This document shows positions 51,359 to 64,000 of a DNA stretch of 64,000 nt, piece by piece. The notes below the pieces were generated by a model. That model was not told the origin of the DNA. It ran no database searches and was given only the letters and a program-made list of their open reading frames with translations. Origin of the DNA: Mytilus trossulus (lineage: Eukaryota); assembly GCF_036588685.1 (NCBI RefSeq), contig NC_086379.1, positions 24,614,001 through 24,678,000 of the forward strand, written 5' to 3'. A program made the position numbers and the translations under genes. Numbering within the stretch: the first letter of the stretch is position 1; each line of letters starts with the position of its first letter.

Positions 51359-54300
51359 ATTAAACTTACCCTGGAGTTTTTTTTAATTATTTTTGGGATG
51401 AATGAGGGAAAAAAAGTATAGCAAAGTACAATAGATCATATAAATCATTCAAACGAGGCTTACTAGAAAACAACAGACATACCAACATAGATAAGAAAAA
51501 ACTACAGATAGTTCTTGGTCCAGATATCCTGACTTCGTATTACATGTAGCACGAAATGTGTTGCTGTTAAACAGTTTTCGCGAACACAAACATTTCCCGT
51601 TTGCCTTTTTAGACCATTAGTCGTAAAATTTAAACACTAAAACCCTCTGAGAAATATGCATATAATAGTGATATAAAGGTAATTACCATACTCTTAACAG
51701 GAATCAAATATGTTCAACTATATCTCTCTATGTAACATAAATTTAATCATATTTTATGAATACTGCCAGCATTTTTGACTTCTGTATTTGGCATGTATTG
51801 ATATACTCATAGTTCTGTGTGTTATTTGCTTCTGGTTTAACACATTTATTTCTTTTATTTTCATTACATTACTTTGCAATTGCAAAAAAAGAAAATGTGG
51901 TTACACACCTCATTGAAGAAACCTACATCTATTAGTAACACGTGACAGTCTTCAGAATTGGGAGATAATGGCGGCGTAGATATAACATTAAGTGCTTGTG
52001 TATCAAATAATTAATGTACGGACAGTACCGTACTAGACAGAAATAAACAAGGCAACAATTAGAAATAAATACAGCACAAATAAAAATGAGTTAAACATTA
52101 CAAAGTTAACTATTGAAACAATTCTATTCAAGCGTAAAAATAATCTTGCATGTTAATTCGGGTGCACCAAAACGGTCAGTGTTAAGTTTCATCAATCAAA
52201 GGTGCAAATATACTATAGCTTAGTTCTGATCGAGTTCTTTTCAAAAGCTACGAACTTTCAAATGAATTCTTTTAAATCTATTATAAGTTCATATGATAAC
52301 AATTACCGAATGTATTAGGTATAGTTTTATATCTTTTGTCACGTTATTCAAATTTCATGAAAAATGTGTTCACCATCTGCAAACCATTTGTAATATAACA
52401 CTGAAACTCTGAAATAAATCCAAAACATTTTCCTTGTGTTTCAAACTACATGTAACACTAATGATATGTCCGAGCTTCCCTCACGATGTATTTGATACGA
52501 AGAACGAACGACACAACTCTTTTTTTCCCTGCTTTGCATAGGTCATGTTCAAATACATGCAGGGAAATTGTGTTACGAATTTAAATTTCATATCACGCAT
52601 CCTCCTTATATTCTCAAAATTGAAAATTGGCCGATTTTTTTAATAAAATGAACCTTTAAATGATTTGCAAATATAGAATATTCTACATTTGTTTTGTTTT
52701 TTGTTTAATCTCCAATTCTACTTTAATAGCGCATTAAAATGACACTGGTCTACCATAGCGTTACAATGTTTTAGATGTGTGGGAACTTTCCTTAATCTAC
52801 CAATTTATCACTACCCATTAAAATAAAGGCAATAGTTGTTCGATATTCATAAATAGATTGGAAAAAAAAATCCGTGTTACAAACTAAACCTGAAGGAAAC
52901 ACATTAATTATAAGAGAACAACGACACAACAGAAACACAAAAATTCAACATTAACAAAAACTATGTAATTTCTTACGAAGACACGGATTATATGATTTCA
53001 AGATTCCTAGTAACGGAAATGATTGTTATTCAGAATCATGGAAGGTTTGATGCGCCTTTTTAACATATCACTTGTCACCTGTTTTATCATATCACGTGTT
53101 TTATCAATTGTAATTCGAAAATGCCTTTACTCACAGGTTTTGTAGTTATATAGATTGCATTTTTTAAGATGAATGAATGTGTAATTAAGGACTATTTTGT
53201 AGTCACGATCAGGTCGTCGAGCTTTTTGCTTCAATTCTATCACATTTGTATTTTTTTTTTATGAAAATGTTACTAATTTTTTTTGGAACATTGCTTAGGC
53301 TATTAGGTGACCTGTAAATAAAGGCAACAGTAGTATACCGCTGTTCAAAACTCATAAATCCATGGACAAAAAATATCGGGGTAACAAACTAAAACCGAGG
53401 GGAACGCATTAGATATAAGAGGAGAACAACGAAATAACACTAAAATGTAACAAACACAGAAACGGACCGAGCATCAGACAAAATCCCACGCGAATAACAA
53501 ATATAACATCAAAAACTGTAATTGTTACAGTAGAAGCTATAACCCCATTTCAATATAACTATGAACGTCCAACTTGTATTTAGACCCTATTGTACCAAAT
53601 GACTACAATACGTAAAAGGAAAATGTTTATATTGTATGATCGTGGCATGTCTTATCTCTTGGACATTTCTTCTAAAGTCTACTTCGTGACAGGGGAGGAC
53701 AAGGTAAGACCTGCTATCTGGGAAGATTTTTATTAAATCAATCAGTATTTTCATCATTATTACTGTTTTCGTTATTGTCTTTAACGAATATAACGCAATA
53801 TAATCTCATTTCGAATGTGCATATTCATTTGACTGTCTGACTTTTACATTTTGACGACACTTTGAAAATATGTTGAAAATACAAATTTCAAAATAATTGG
53901 AAGTATTAATATAAACATTCAAAGGGAATTATTGGATTTTCTTTATAAAATCGTTGTTAACAGGACAGAAATATTTCCCTTATGTTTCCGAGTTCCTTTA
54001 AGCATGCCAAGTTGTAATAGTCTATTGTTTCTTTGCTTTTATGTTGTTTCTTCTACCAATGTGAGAACGCATGCTATGCGTTTTTAATGGTATAAGGACC
54101 TGAAACACCAAGAAGGAAGTTCGCACTGTATTGGATACCATAACTTTCATAAGTGTTATTATAAACAACCTTATATTGATGTGTCTTCAAAGTAATCCAT
54201 GAAACTTCTTCCAAAATTACTTAGTATAAAAAAGAAGTGGTATGATTGTCAATGAGACAACTATTTATATACATTATGTCGTCAATCAAATCTAAAGTTG

Positions 54301-54819
54301 TGATTCAAAAATATTGTGAAACCAGCTATTCTAGATGTGGTGTGAATCAGATGTGATGACTCAATATTTCCACAGATCTGCGACGGTATATAAAACCTAA
54401 GACTCTATCATCTATCAAAAGTATTAACACATTTGACTTTTCTACACGTCTCACAAGAATTCCTGATTCCAAAACAAAGCACAAAATGAAAGAGATGGTC
54501 CTGCTTTTTTTCATTAAAAAGAAGAGCCAACGCAGATACATGTATCTTTTCATAGAAATGAAATAAATCATACTTGCTTGCTTTTTTTTTTAACAAATGA
54601 TTATCTTTAACTAAAATTATCAACATTTTCATTGAATTATATGAGACTGGCTTACAAGTAAGAGGTTAAGTTAGCTATAAAACCATGTTGAAACTACCAT
54701 TTTCTACATAAGGACCGATTCAGGATTTTGACAGTTGTTGCCCATTCGTTTGATAAAAATAAAAGTCGTAATTGACGATATATATATATTACTTATTGAG
54801 GACATGTTTCTTTTTACTC

Positions 54820-54900
54820 GAGCGTCACTGATGAGTCTTTTGTAGACGAAATGCGCGTTTAGCGAAATACAAAATGTCAAACCAGATATCTATGATGAAT
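54820..54900 (+). ncRNA. Hammerhead ribozyme relic from a related retrozyme subfamily
   Basis: GCGUCA CUGAUGA GUC UUUUGUA GAC GAAA UGCGCG UU UAGCG; core present, weaker stems, GUU site. Confidence 0.6.
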
Positions 54901-55600
54901 CTATTTCCAACAAACAATCGGTATTCACATCGGAACCAACTGTTATTTCTTCTTAACCCCTTCCCCATTATTAATTTCTGGCTGAATACATGCAGTAGAT
55001 TTTTGTGAATTAGAAAACATTTGTATCTAAATCCTTAAATTGAACTTTCCGCTATAAAGATGATTTCCTTCCATTGACGTACTCACTGTTTGGTGACTAT
55101 TTTGAACGTATCCATCCCTTCAAAGATACCTTTACAGTTGTGATAGTATAATATTTTGACTTAAATCCAGTAATTTACAAGGAACCGCTTTAAAACATAA
55201 CTTTATTAGAAAAAAAGGTTGTAGTTTAGCTGTTCGATTTCGAACTTTCCGTTTTCAACATCGCCTGCATATAGGGTATAAGTCTCCCAGTTGATATGAT
55301 ATTCCGAGCTTCCAGTTTCCTATCATAATTTACAGAAAAGCTTTAAACAAAGAGTTCCACAGTTAAGTTAAATAATTCCTGAGAAAAATTTACGGACGGC
55401 ATAATGAATTGGTTCACCGTTATGAAATATCTGTTTCACAGACGAAGGAAATGGATATGTTTCTATTCTTATGCCCACAATACCGTTCTCTTTCTTCCCG
55501 AATGTGATACCAAATTAGATTTATCTACAGGCTGGCACTTACATGAGAAACACAGCGGGTTGCATCTGTTGAGCAGATTCTATTAACCCTTCGGGAGAAT

Positions 55601-56152
55601 TAAGAGATAACTGTATTGTATTTGAAGCTTTAAGGACGTCCATCGGTAGTTTTACTGTCGTAAATTTAGTTTACCTGGCGACGCGGAGCGGAGACAGGTA
55701 AACGGGTATTTGCGACAGTAAAACTACCGATGGACGTCCGAAAAGCTTCAAATACAATACAGTTATCTCTATTATAATGCAAAACAAGTTCATAATTAAA
55801 TTTCAATCATTATTTCAGTGTAAAATCTTCATTAAAGGAAATTCCGCGAAAAGATGTTATCTTCTTTGGTCCCTACACTAGGTGACGTCATATGTTTGCT
55901 TCCGACTTCAAACATAAACACCGGGCGTTTTCTGGCTTCTGTGCCGCTTCATAATGTATAAAAAAAATCCTAAAAAGAAGATTTTTAGGTGCAACATGTG
56001 AGTTTTTTGGCTTATTTTTTTTTAGAAATTACATGTCAATACATTCAGCAATTCAAAATGTCGGCTTCCTTATTTACAGACAAGGAGATAGAGAATTTTA
56101 CGCTAACTATCATCCAATCAGAACCATTGAAACAAAATAATTGCATTAGAAT
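55601..56152. mobile_element. Non-autonomous element with a long terminal hairpin (Crypton-like)
   Basis: Near-perfect palindrome 55603-55770 (arms ~73 bp, GC-rich loop). ATTATAATGCAA after the hairpin is inverted at the far end (TTGCATTAGAAT). AGAAT is repeated at both junctions. The element splits an older repeat (CCCTTCGGGAGAAT / CTGATATCACC). Assignment to Crypton is inference. Confidence 0.65.
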
Positions 56153-56954
56153 CTGATATCACCTCCGGTTTTTGGTGGGGTTCGTGGGCTCGTTGGGCTC
56201 CTTTCTTGTTCTTTGATTTTATTTTTGTGTTGGATCTTGTTATTTGTATTTTGGTGTTGTTGGTTTTTTTTGTTGTTCTTCTTCTTTTGTCAGTCTTGTC
56301 AGTTTATATCTAACTAATTAGTTTGAATGTTACTTTGATGTCCTTCTTTTTCATCAAAAGTAAACAAGTTTAAGAAAACAAATGTAAATTAAAATTTAAG
56401 AACGTTAAAATCGATGAGAAGAAACCAAAAAGTGTAAACGTCACAGGATTTCGACTGTGGATGCACAATTTCTATAAAACATTTTTATTGTCGTTTCTGT
56501 ACTTTTCTTGTTATTTCTTTTTTTTTTTTTGTATCTAGGGCACATATCAATTGGAAGGTTTTGTAACTGTTATGTTTTGCTCAAATTTAAACATATTTAT
56601 TTTTCATAGTAAGGGAGATAATAGATATAGGACGATGTGGTGTGAGTGCCAATGAGACAACTCTCCATCCAAATAACAATTTAAAAAGTAAACCATTATA
56701 GGTTAACTTTGTTTTCTTATGTTTTTGATAAGCTCTAATGAATAATAAAAAAATCACAGATAGAGGAAACATCTACAAATGAATGCATGTATGAAGGCAC
56801 AATTAAGTTTAATATATCTTTTAAGTGTTAGCTTTGGCAAAAGTAAATACAATATGAATATTCTTTTATCCAGAGAGAGATATTAGATTATCAGTAATAT
56901 ATATAATATACGAACTATTTGGTGGGGTTTTTTTTTATTTTTTCAGAACACAAA

Positions 56955-59900
56955 ATGAACTTTGCTAGTTTTGGTGAGTTTTTATTTATATATCCCGCGA
57001 TAGCAGGTCGGACAGGATAAAAAAATATTTGTAAACTAAACTCAATTACAACCAAAGAACAATAGTTTGGTGACAACACATATATAGTTTTAAGTTCTAT
57101 TCTGATTGTATAATATTTTGAAAATTTATATTCCTCTACATTGTCAAACGATGTTAGTCCAGAAGCACTACTAAAACTGTCACACACCAGCACAAAATGA
57201 AATGAAAATAATTGTTTATAGATAATGATTTGATAAAAGTTTGATTAAATATTTAGGACGAAACTTATTGGGTCTGCCAGGATAAAAGGCAGGACATTTT
57301 TCTACCACTGGAAGATTATGATTTGTTAGAAAATGACAAAATAAAAGCCATAAAACATACAACCTTAAAATTTCGCTGCAATGGGTTTTTCACTTGCAAA
57401 GAGTTTGGTAATTTCTCCGTGCGTCACTTAGACATCATTACACCAGTTTGATTGATCGTAGCCAGTCATTGACTGGCGATTTAATTTTACATCCCAAACA
57501 ACCAACGGACGTTCATTTGTATCTAAGATTTTATCATCGGATCTGAGAAATATAGTTGATCATATTTCTACTCATTGGTCAAGTTTTGGAGCATTTAGAA
57601 TATGTTAAAATAAGATATGAAAAAGAACGAAATAAGGAGAAATTTAATATCGAACGTTTATGCCATTTACAAACAAGGATTGTACAGGGGGACAAAGTAC
57701 ATGTGAGAATGTGAGGTTCTAATTTTCCATTTGAAATGTTTTTAGTAATTAATTCTGCGTTTCTGTAGATATAGAAGAAACTGAGTTTACGTTATTATCA
57801 CAAATGCATATCAATTATCACGATTTTTTCAAACGGAGAGACGTAGAGATGTATTTTCGATATAAAAGTAATTACCATACAAAATTTAAAACTATATAAA
57901 TCAAGGTAACATCAATTTTATTATATTTTAGGAATACTTCTTGCGTTATTGCCTTCAGTTTTTGGTAGGTATTTTTTCATTCATAAATCTATTATTAAAC
58001 ATTGCCATATAAGCAAGAAGGTTGGCTAGCAATAAAACTAGGTTCAACCCACCCTTTTTAAGTCTCTTGAATATGGCAGTTTCTGTAGTCGGTTTTTGTT
58101 TTTGTTGCACTTCAGTGTTTCTGATGTTCCGTTCTTTAACCTCTTATATTTGATATGTTTTCCTCAGCTTGTTTAATTTGTAACCTGGATTTTCTTTCTC
58201 TCCATCGATTTATGACTTTTTCTCTTTTTTTCCGATATGCTAATTTTCTTCTTATTTGTTGCTTTTATTTGTTGGTTCTTGTTGTTGCTTATTTCTCTTT
58301 CCTTTCTATTGTATTAATTAGCTGTAGCCAATAACATAATTTGGTTACACACCTCATTAAAGAAAATTACATTTATAAGTGACACGTAACCGTCTACAGA
58401 GTTGTGAGATAATGGCTGCGAAAATATAACATTAAGTGCTTGTGTATCAATTAACTATTGTACGAAAAGTATCGTAAGATATAAAAATATACAAGGCCAC
58501 AGTTAACAAAAGTAGAACACAAACAACAATGATTAATACATGACACAATTCTATCCTAGCGTACATTTAATAGAGCATGTTAACTCGGGTGTCTTGGTAG
58601 GGTCAGCGGTCAGCCTCGCCGATCAAATGTACAAATGATGCTTAGTTCTAACAATTGAATACAAGCAATTGTAGGACGCCATACAAACTTTCACAAAAGC
58701 TACAAACTTTTATGTGTTTGTTATGTTATTAGTTGCTTTGGCAGATATTATTGAAAGAATACAGGATATAATTTGCCATTTACACGTTGATTATATTTGT
58801 ATTATACCGAGTAGGATTATTGTAATATTTTTCAAAGATACGTTCACAATCTCGAATGTATACAATGTTATATCTATTCTCCTTCCTTTAGTTTAAATAT
58901 ATTTATTCAAAGTGGATTGGGAAACAAGTTGTTACAACTTATGTTTATCTTTTCCAATTTGCTGGTGTGAGTGTTGCCATGTAGCGACATTAGCTTGCTC
59001 TTTTCAAAATCTACAAGGGTGTCCTTTACGTACAAGAGATATTCCCCCCTTAATACAGACCAGTCATTTATCGTCCTTTTCCAATGGGTTATGATCGTTT
59101 CTCAAGAGCATATCCGTAAATGGTGTCAAGGGATAGCTGAAAGTCCAGTCCCTGAAAATTGTTTCCCCTCATCGGTGATTGAACCAGGAACCTTTGTATT
59201 TGTAGTCCGATACGCTAACATTAAATTAGCAAGTGTCACGCGACAATCAGTACGACTATGACAATATGGCTTTTGAAAAGATTTCGAAAAAGGTAGAGTT
59301 GATGAAATATGATGCATTGATATTCCTTCTTTAGATAAAAGTGTATCTGCTTGGTATAGACCACTCAACAAGTATGCATTATAAATGGGATTTCCGCCTT
59401 TTCTTAATCTTTTATAAATATACCAACTTATTATATAATCTATACGATCCCTTTTTTTCGATTTTTTTTATCATGTATCTTAAATGAATGTATTTTAAAT
59501 GAATCCTCTTTACGTCTTCGTAATAATTGAATTTTAAAATACCAATTTCCTCCTGTGGGAATAGGTAACAATACCAAAGATTGAAACAATATACATCAAT
59601 GTGATAAAATCTTAAGTTACACTAAACACATCCCATCAAATAACACCTTTTTCAATTTCTTCTTGATTTAAGCTTCTTAATTGTGGAAGATTCTCTAGTA
59701 TAAGTATTTTGTGTAACAAATGATGATTTTTAATAAGACGGAGCAGTGACACAAATGTAATCGATATTTCCTTGTAAAATTATTTAGGAAAAACGGCAGA
59801 CAAGACCATGCTGAAAATGCTAGAAGAAAGAGACCCTCCACTCTTTGATAGCCATGGCGTAGTCAGGTTTTTTTTTTCGAACTATGAGTTTGAATGTCCT

Positions 59901-62900
59901 CTAGTATTCTTCGCCCCTTTATTATTATTTGCATGATGAAAAAATTATGGTTTGTGTTTACAGCATTAAGATGTCTGAAATGTAACGAGAAGAGCACAGT
60001 TAACCTTTGTATCGAAATTACGACGTGTGATGATATCACTGAGGTAAGTCATGTGCTTAAAGAGATATTAAGATATACAACTTCTCTTGAATTTAATTTT
60101 AAATGTACGTATTGTTATGCGTTTACTTTTCTATATTGGCCAGAGGTATAGGGGGGGGGGGTTTGAGATCTCATAAACATGTTTAACCACGCCGCATTTT
60201 TGCGCCTGTCCCATGTCAGAAGCCTCTGGTCTTTGTTAGTCTTGTATTATTTTAATTTTAGTTTATTGTGTACAATTTGGAAATTAGTATGGCGTTCATT
60301 ATTACTGAACTAGTATATATTTGTATAGGGGCCAGCTAAAAGACGCCTCCGGGTGCGGGGATTTCTAGTTACATTGAAGACCTGTTGGTGACCTTCTGCT
60401 GTTGTTTTTCCTATGGTCGGGTTGTTGTCTCTTTGATACATTACCCATTTCCATTCTCAATTTTATTATCAATTAACAAAGTACGAATAAAACAACAAAA
60501 TTCAACTACATACTGCCTTCGAAAATAAAACATTGTCTATACACTAAACTCATAGATAACAGGCTACAAATTGTGCTTGACGCGTGCTTCATCTACAATA
60601 GACTCATCAGTGACGCTCGAATAAGAACAGGAAAAATCAAATAAAGAACAAATCTCTTAATATTTAGAAAGTCTAAAAATATTAACAACTGATTTACTAG
60701 ACATCGTCATGATTTTCCAAATAACACAAACATAAAGATGTTACATAAGACAACGACTGAAGTGAGTCCGTGTTTTGGCTCCAGTTAATGCATTGAATCA
60801 TTTATTAGATTCTTGTTATGTCACAACAGCTATTTAACCGAAGTTTATAATACTACAATTATGTTAATGAAAACAATTTGACAAGGACACTATCTAATTA
60901 TAATTATGCATTTGTAAAATCATAAGCACCTTTCAAATTAAAAAAAAGTCTACACAACCTAAAAACTTACCTGCTCCTAATATAAGATCATCCCTGTTTC
61001 TTAAGGTGTTCTTGTTGTTCCGTCTTCGGTTTTCTTTGATGTATTCTGTCTCCGTCATATTTTGGTGAATTGCAAAAGCGTTGTATGTTTGTCTTTCATT
61101 TGTGAGTGATTTTATAAATTCCTTTGGTATATTCTACCTCCCTTTTGGTTAATTCAAACTCACAACAACAAACTTTATGAAATAGTTAGGTCTGGGGTAG
61201 AGGAAGCATATTTGTCGTAAATTGAAATGTGTATCGTATTACACGATTGTAAAACAGAATACATTCATGCCACTTTTTTTTTTCTTGATGAGTTATCTAT
61301 ATATACAATATAACGGGTTACTTTATGGAACAGAATACGCATTTTCCAATATTCCTATTCTTTATCCATCACTGATTTGTGCCTAAAAAGAAAGGAACAT
61401 TAGTTGGTGTTCTTTGTTGGATTTTTTTTGTTGTTTTTTTTAATAATTCCATGAACTCGAAACCATAAGGAAAGTTATAATAATAATATATGATTGATTC
61501 AAACCATGCCGCAAGTTAACATCTATCAAAACACACCTGGATACCATTCAGTACAAAAAATAATATGTTTTTAACCATAATTTATTTACTCTATCAGACA
61601 TAATTCAATAGCTTATATATTAATGTCAAGATCAATACAACTTTTAATATATGATCATATTTTTTATTGATAGGAATGTTATCTAGAGAAAGTGACAACT
61701 GCGAATTTACAACTTGTATTTAATGGTGGTTGTAGGTCTAAGCAGGTATGTTTTGCTAGTTACTTGTCGTTACATGGTAAATTAATGCTAGTCTAAAGTT
61801 TGACAAGGTGAGGTAACATGTAACAATTGTAATGAAACATGTTACATGATATAGTACTGCTGACATATATCATATATATATGCTTACTACAGTTTAAAGA
61901 TCTCTAAGACTCTTATGAATACTGCATTACGTGTAAATTTGCGGTGGAAAAATTTGTTGTTATACTTTTGGAGGTAAAGTATTATTCATACCTTTAACAT
62001 GTTTAAGGAGGAAGTTACACTTGTTATATATCTCTGACTGGGTAACTTATGATGGGTATACTTCTGAGGACATAACGTATGCTGGTTATAATTCTAAAGA
62101 GGAACTGTATGCCGATTGTATCTATAAGAAGGTCATGTATGTTTGTTATACATCTGTAGAAGTTACTTGTGCTTTTTATTCTTTTGATGACGTAATATAT
62201 GCTGAGCCGGAGTTTGAGGCTGAAACGTATGCTGGTTATAATTCTAAAGAGGAACTGTATGCCGATTGTATCTATAAAAGGTCATGTATGTTTGTTATAC
62301 ATCTGTAGAAGTTACTTGTGCTTTTTATTCTTTTGGTGACGTAACATATGCTGAGCCGGAGTTTGAGGCTGAAACGTATGCTGGTTATAATTCTAAAGAG
62401 GAACTGTATGCCGATTGTATCTATAAGAAGGTCATGTATGTTTGTTATACATCTGTAGAAGTTACTTGTGCTTTTTATTCTTTTGATGACGTAACATATG
62501 CTGCGCATGAGTTTGAGGCTGAAACGTATGCTGGTTATAATTCTATTGAGGAACCTATGCCGATTGTATCTATAAGAAGGTCATGTATGTTTGTTTTACA
62601 TCTGAAGAAGTAACTTATGCTTTTTTATTCTTTTGATGACGTAACATATGCTGCGCGTGAGTTTGAGGCGGAAACGTATGCTGGTTATTATTCTAAAGAG
62701 GAATCGTATGCCGATTGTATCTATAAGAAGGTCATGTATGTTTGTTATACATCTGTAGAAGTTACTTGTGCTTTTTATTCTTTTGATGACGTAACATATG
62801 CTGAGCCGGAGTTTGAGGCGGAAACGTATGCTGGTTTTACTTCAGACGGAGTAACGTATCCTGGTTATACTTCTGAGGACGTAGCGTGTTCTAGTTATTT

Positions 62901-63823
62901 TTCTTAGGAGGAAATGTATATTGGTTATACTTTTGAGGGGGTAACGTATGCTGTTATTTTTTTAAGAGGTAACGTCTTCTGGTTATGCATCACAGGAGGT
63001 GACGTAATCCGATTGTATTTCCTTGGAGGTTACAAATTCTTAATGTGCTTCTAAGAAGGTAACATATGCTTATTAAACTTCTAAGTTGTTACTGTATGCT
63101 GGTTATTATTCTGATGACGTAACGTATGCTGCTTTAACCCTGAAGTGATAGAGGATACAGGTTGAACCTCTGATGAGCTTGAGTGTTCTGCTTTTCGGTC
63201 TCGTTTGGACGTAACAGTTGGTTAACCCTTGCTATTTAAACTGCAGAAGAGGTAACACTTACTGCTTATAGGTCTCGGGTTATACTTATTCTAATTGTTG
63301 GTCTGGATTTTAATATGCAATATGTATAGGTCGAAACCGTAATACATTCGGGTTGAAAGTCTTCATCGTAACGTATTCTGGATATATCTTGTAAGAAACG
63401 TACTCTTGTTATATGTGTAGAACGTAATGTGTGCTGGCTATAGTTCTCGAAAGTAACTTTTATTTATTATATTTTTTTAAGTTAACGTTAGCTGGTTATA
63501 GGTCTTTTACGATAGAAAAGTCCCTTTATCTAGGTGGATCTCCTTAATTAATTTGATCCTGATCTTAGCATTTAAAATCAAACTCAGTTGCTTGTATTTG
63601 CATAACAAAAGACCTTTGGTTTAACATCCAAATTAACTAAAAGAATACACAACAAATTTTCAATTTTATATAGAATGCATTTATTAGTATGATACATTTA
63701 CACCCATAGGTTTGTACCTTACTGCAATCTCTTGGCTTTGGAAAGAAGCGAGCGACCAGTTGCAGCAAGTGTTGTAATGCTGCAGACCAGTGTAATGCTA
63801 ATCTTTGTCAGGAAAGTATGTAA
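56955..63823 (+). CDS. Secreted Cys-rich Ly6/uPAR (three-finger)-like protein, 5 coding exons
   Basis: Phase-compatible GT-AG exons 56955-56973, 57932-57964, 59964-60043, 61674-61745 and 63710-63823 (or donor after 63815). They give MNFASFGILLALLPSVFA-LRCLKCNEKSTVNLCIEITTCDDITEECYLEKVTTANLQLVFNGGCRSKQVCTLLQSLGFGKKRATSCSKCCNAADQCNANLCQE(SM*): signal peptide, LxCxxC start, CC...CN end, 12 Cys. The gene may continue beyond the window. Confidence 0.85.
58990..59244 (-). mobile_element. Degenerate tRNA-derived SINE
   Basis: Minus-strand head GCTAATTTAATGTTAGCGTATCGGACTACAAATACAAAGGTTCCTGGTTCAATC with A-box-like and B-box-like (GGTTCAATC) motifs; no intact cloverleaf. Confidence 0.4.
59964..60043 (+). 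CDS. Ly6/uPAR-like gene, coding exon 3 (ALRCLKC...DITE)
   Basis: TTACAG acceptor, GTAAGT donor, phase 1 to 0, four Cys. Confidence 0.85.
60095..60465 (+). mobile_element. Family 1 Penelope-like 3'-end copy in an intron, twister core mutated
   Basis: Matches the reverse complement of 7690-8045. P5 stem GGCCAGAGG/CCUCUGGUC is clear at 60138-60231, but GAGGG, CCCC, AAGU and CAGG each carry a substitution. Confidence 0.8.
61674..61745 (+). CDS. Ly6/uPAR-like gene, coding exon 4 (ECYLE...GGCRSKQ)
   Basis: T-rich TAG acceptor, GTATGT donor, 72 nt, phase 0 to 0. Confidence 0.85.
62010..63500. repeat. Intronic 30-bp minisatellite with a 150-bp higher-order repeat
   Basis: Monomer approx. GTAACGTATGCTGGTTATACTTCTGAGGAC. 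Five diverged monomers form a 150-bp unit repeated about 5 times (62075-62830), flanked by degenerate monomers. Confidence 0.9.
63710..63823 (+). CDS. Ly6/uPAR-like gene, coding exon 5 (VCTLL...CCNAADQCNANLCQE)
   Basis: CATAG acceptor and CC...CN motif. Ends either at TAA 63821-63823 with AATAAA at 63822 and 63831, or splices at GTATGT 63816. Confidence 0.8.
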   Translation, partial: VCTLLQSLGFGKKRATSCSKCCNAADQCNANLCQESM

Positions 63824-64000
63824 TAAAGTTAATAAAGGGGTGTAAATCATAGAGACAAAAAATCGTTTGCATGAATCCATGAAGAAGGGTGTTTATATTT
63901 ATGGTTTATTGAATTATCAAAACGTGTTCTTTGTGCATCTATGTGTGATGCGTCAAATGCGTTTTGTTAAAATATACTTTTTTTCACTTTTTGGGTCTTT

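Larger units (their letters stand above)
50572..51790 (+). pseudogene. Splice-dead partial duplicate of the first two coding exons of the Ly6/uPAR-like gene
   Basis: 50580-50598 reads ATGAACTTTGCTAGTTTTT then GTGAAA (weakened donor). 51758-51790 encodes ILPAFLTSVF with acceptor AG>AT and donor GT>GC, and the junction would give TGA. Intron similarity continues at 51890-52260 versus 58340-58710. Confidence 0.75.

Noticed and set aside
53647-53703. ATG-initiated exon ending at AAG/GTAAG as the first coding exon of the Ly6-like gene
   Set aside because: No signal-peptide character, and the 56955 ATG already gives a complete signal peptide. At most a 5' UTR exon, which is unsupported.
62021-62907. 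ORFs with Tyr/Glu-rich repeats as an adhesive or shell protein
   Set aside because: They lie between two phase-matched exons of another gene, are broken by frameshifts, and lack a signal peptide and clear splice sites.
1-64000. The many 60-140 aa ORFs in the track
   Set aside because: Low-complexity Phe/Ile/Leu-rich translations of AT-rich or repeat DNA, many with non-ATG starts and no recognisable motifs.

Overview
AT-rich, repeat-dense eukaryotic DNA. The repeat families suggest a mytilid mussel (Mytilus-like), which is an inference. Most ORFs in the supplied track are spurious. One host gene can be assembled by eye: a 5-coding-exon, + strand gene (56955-63823) for a secreted 12-Cys Ly6/uPAR (three-finger)-like protein with an internal GKKR site. 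A splice-dead partial duplicate lies about 6.3 kb upstream. The rest is mostly mobile DNA: a decayed KolobokP-type element (His-Cys/His-Me endonuclease convergent with a DDE transposase, 47-bp direct repeats), two Academ-type elements (one holding a Gypsy gag-protease relic), a HINE/pearl-like element, a Crypton-like hairpin element, a MITE, hammerhead retrozyme copies and three truncated Penelope-like RT elements. Main hunt result: all three Penelope-like elements, and several non-coding derivatives from at least four divergent families, carry a sense-strand, covarying motif in their 3' region that fits a circularly permuted (type P5) twister ribozyme. In most copies P1 is replaced by two adjacent palindromes. 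All structure calls were made by eye and need covariance-model and biochemical confirmation.
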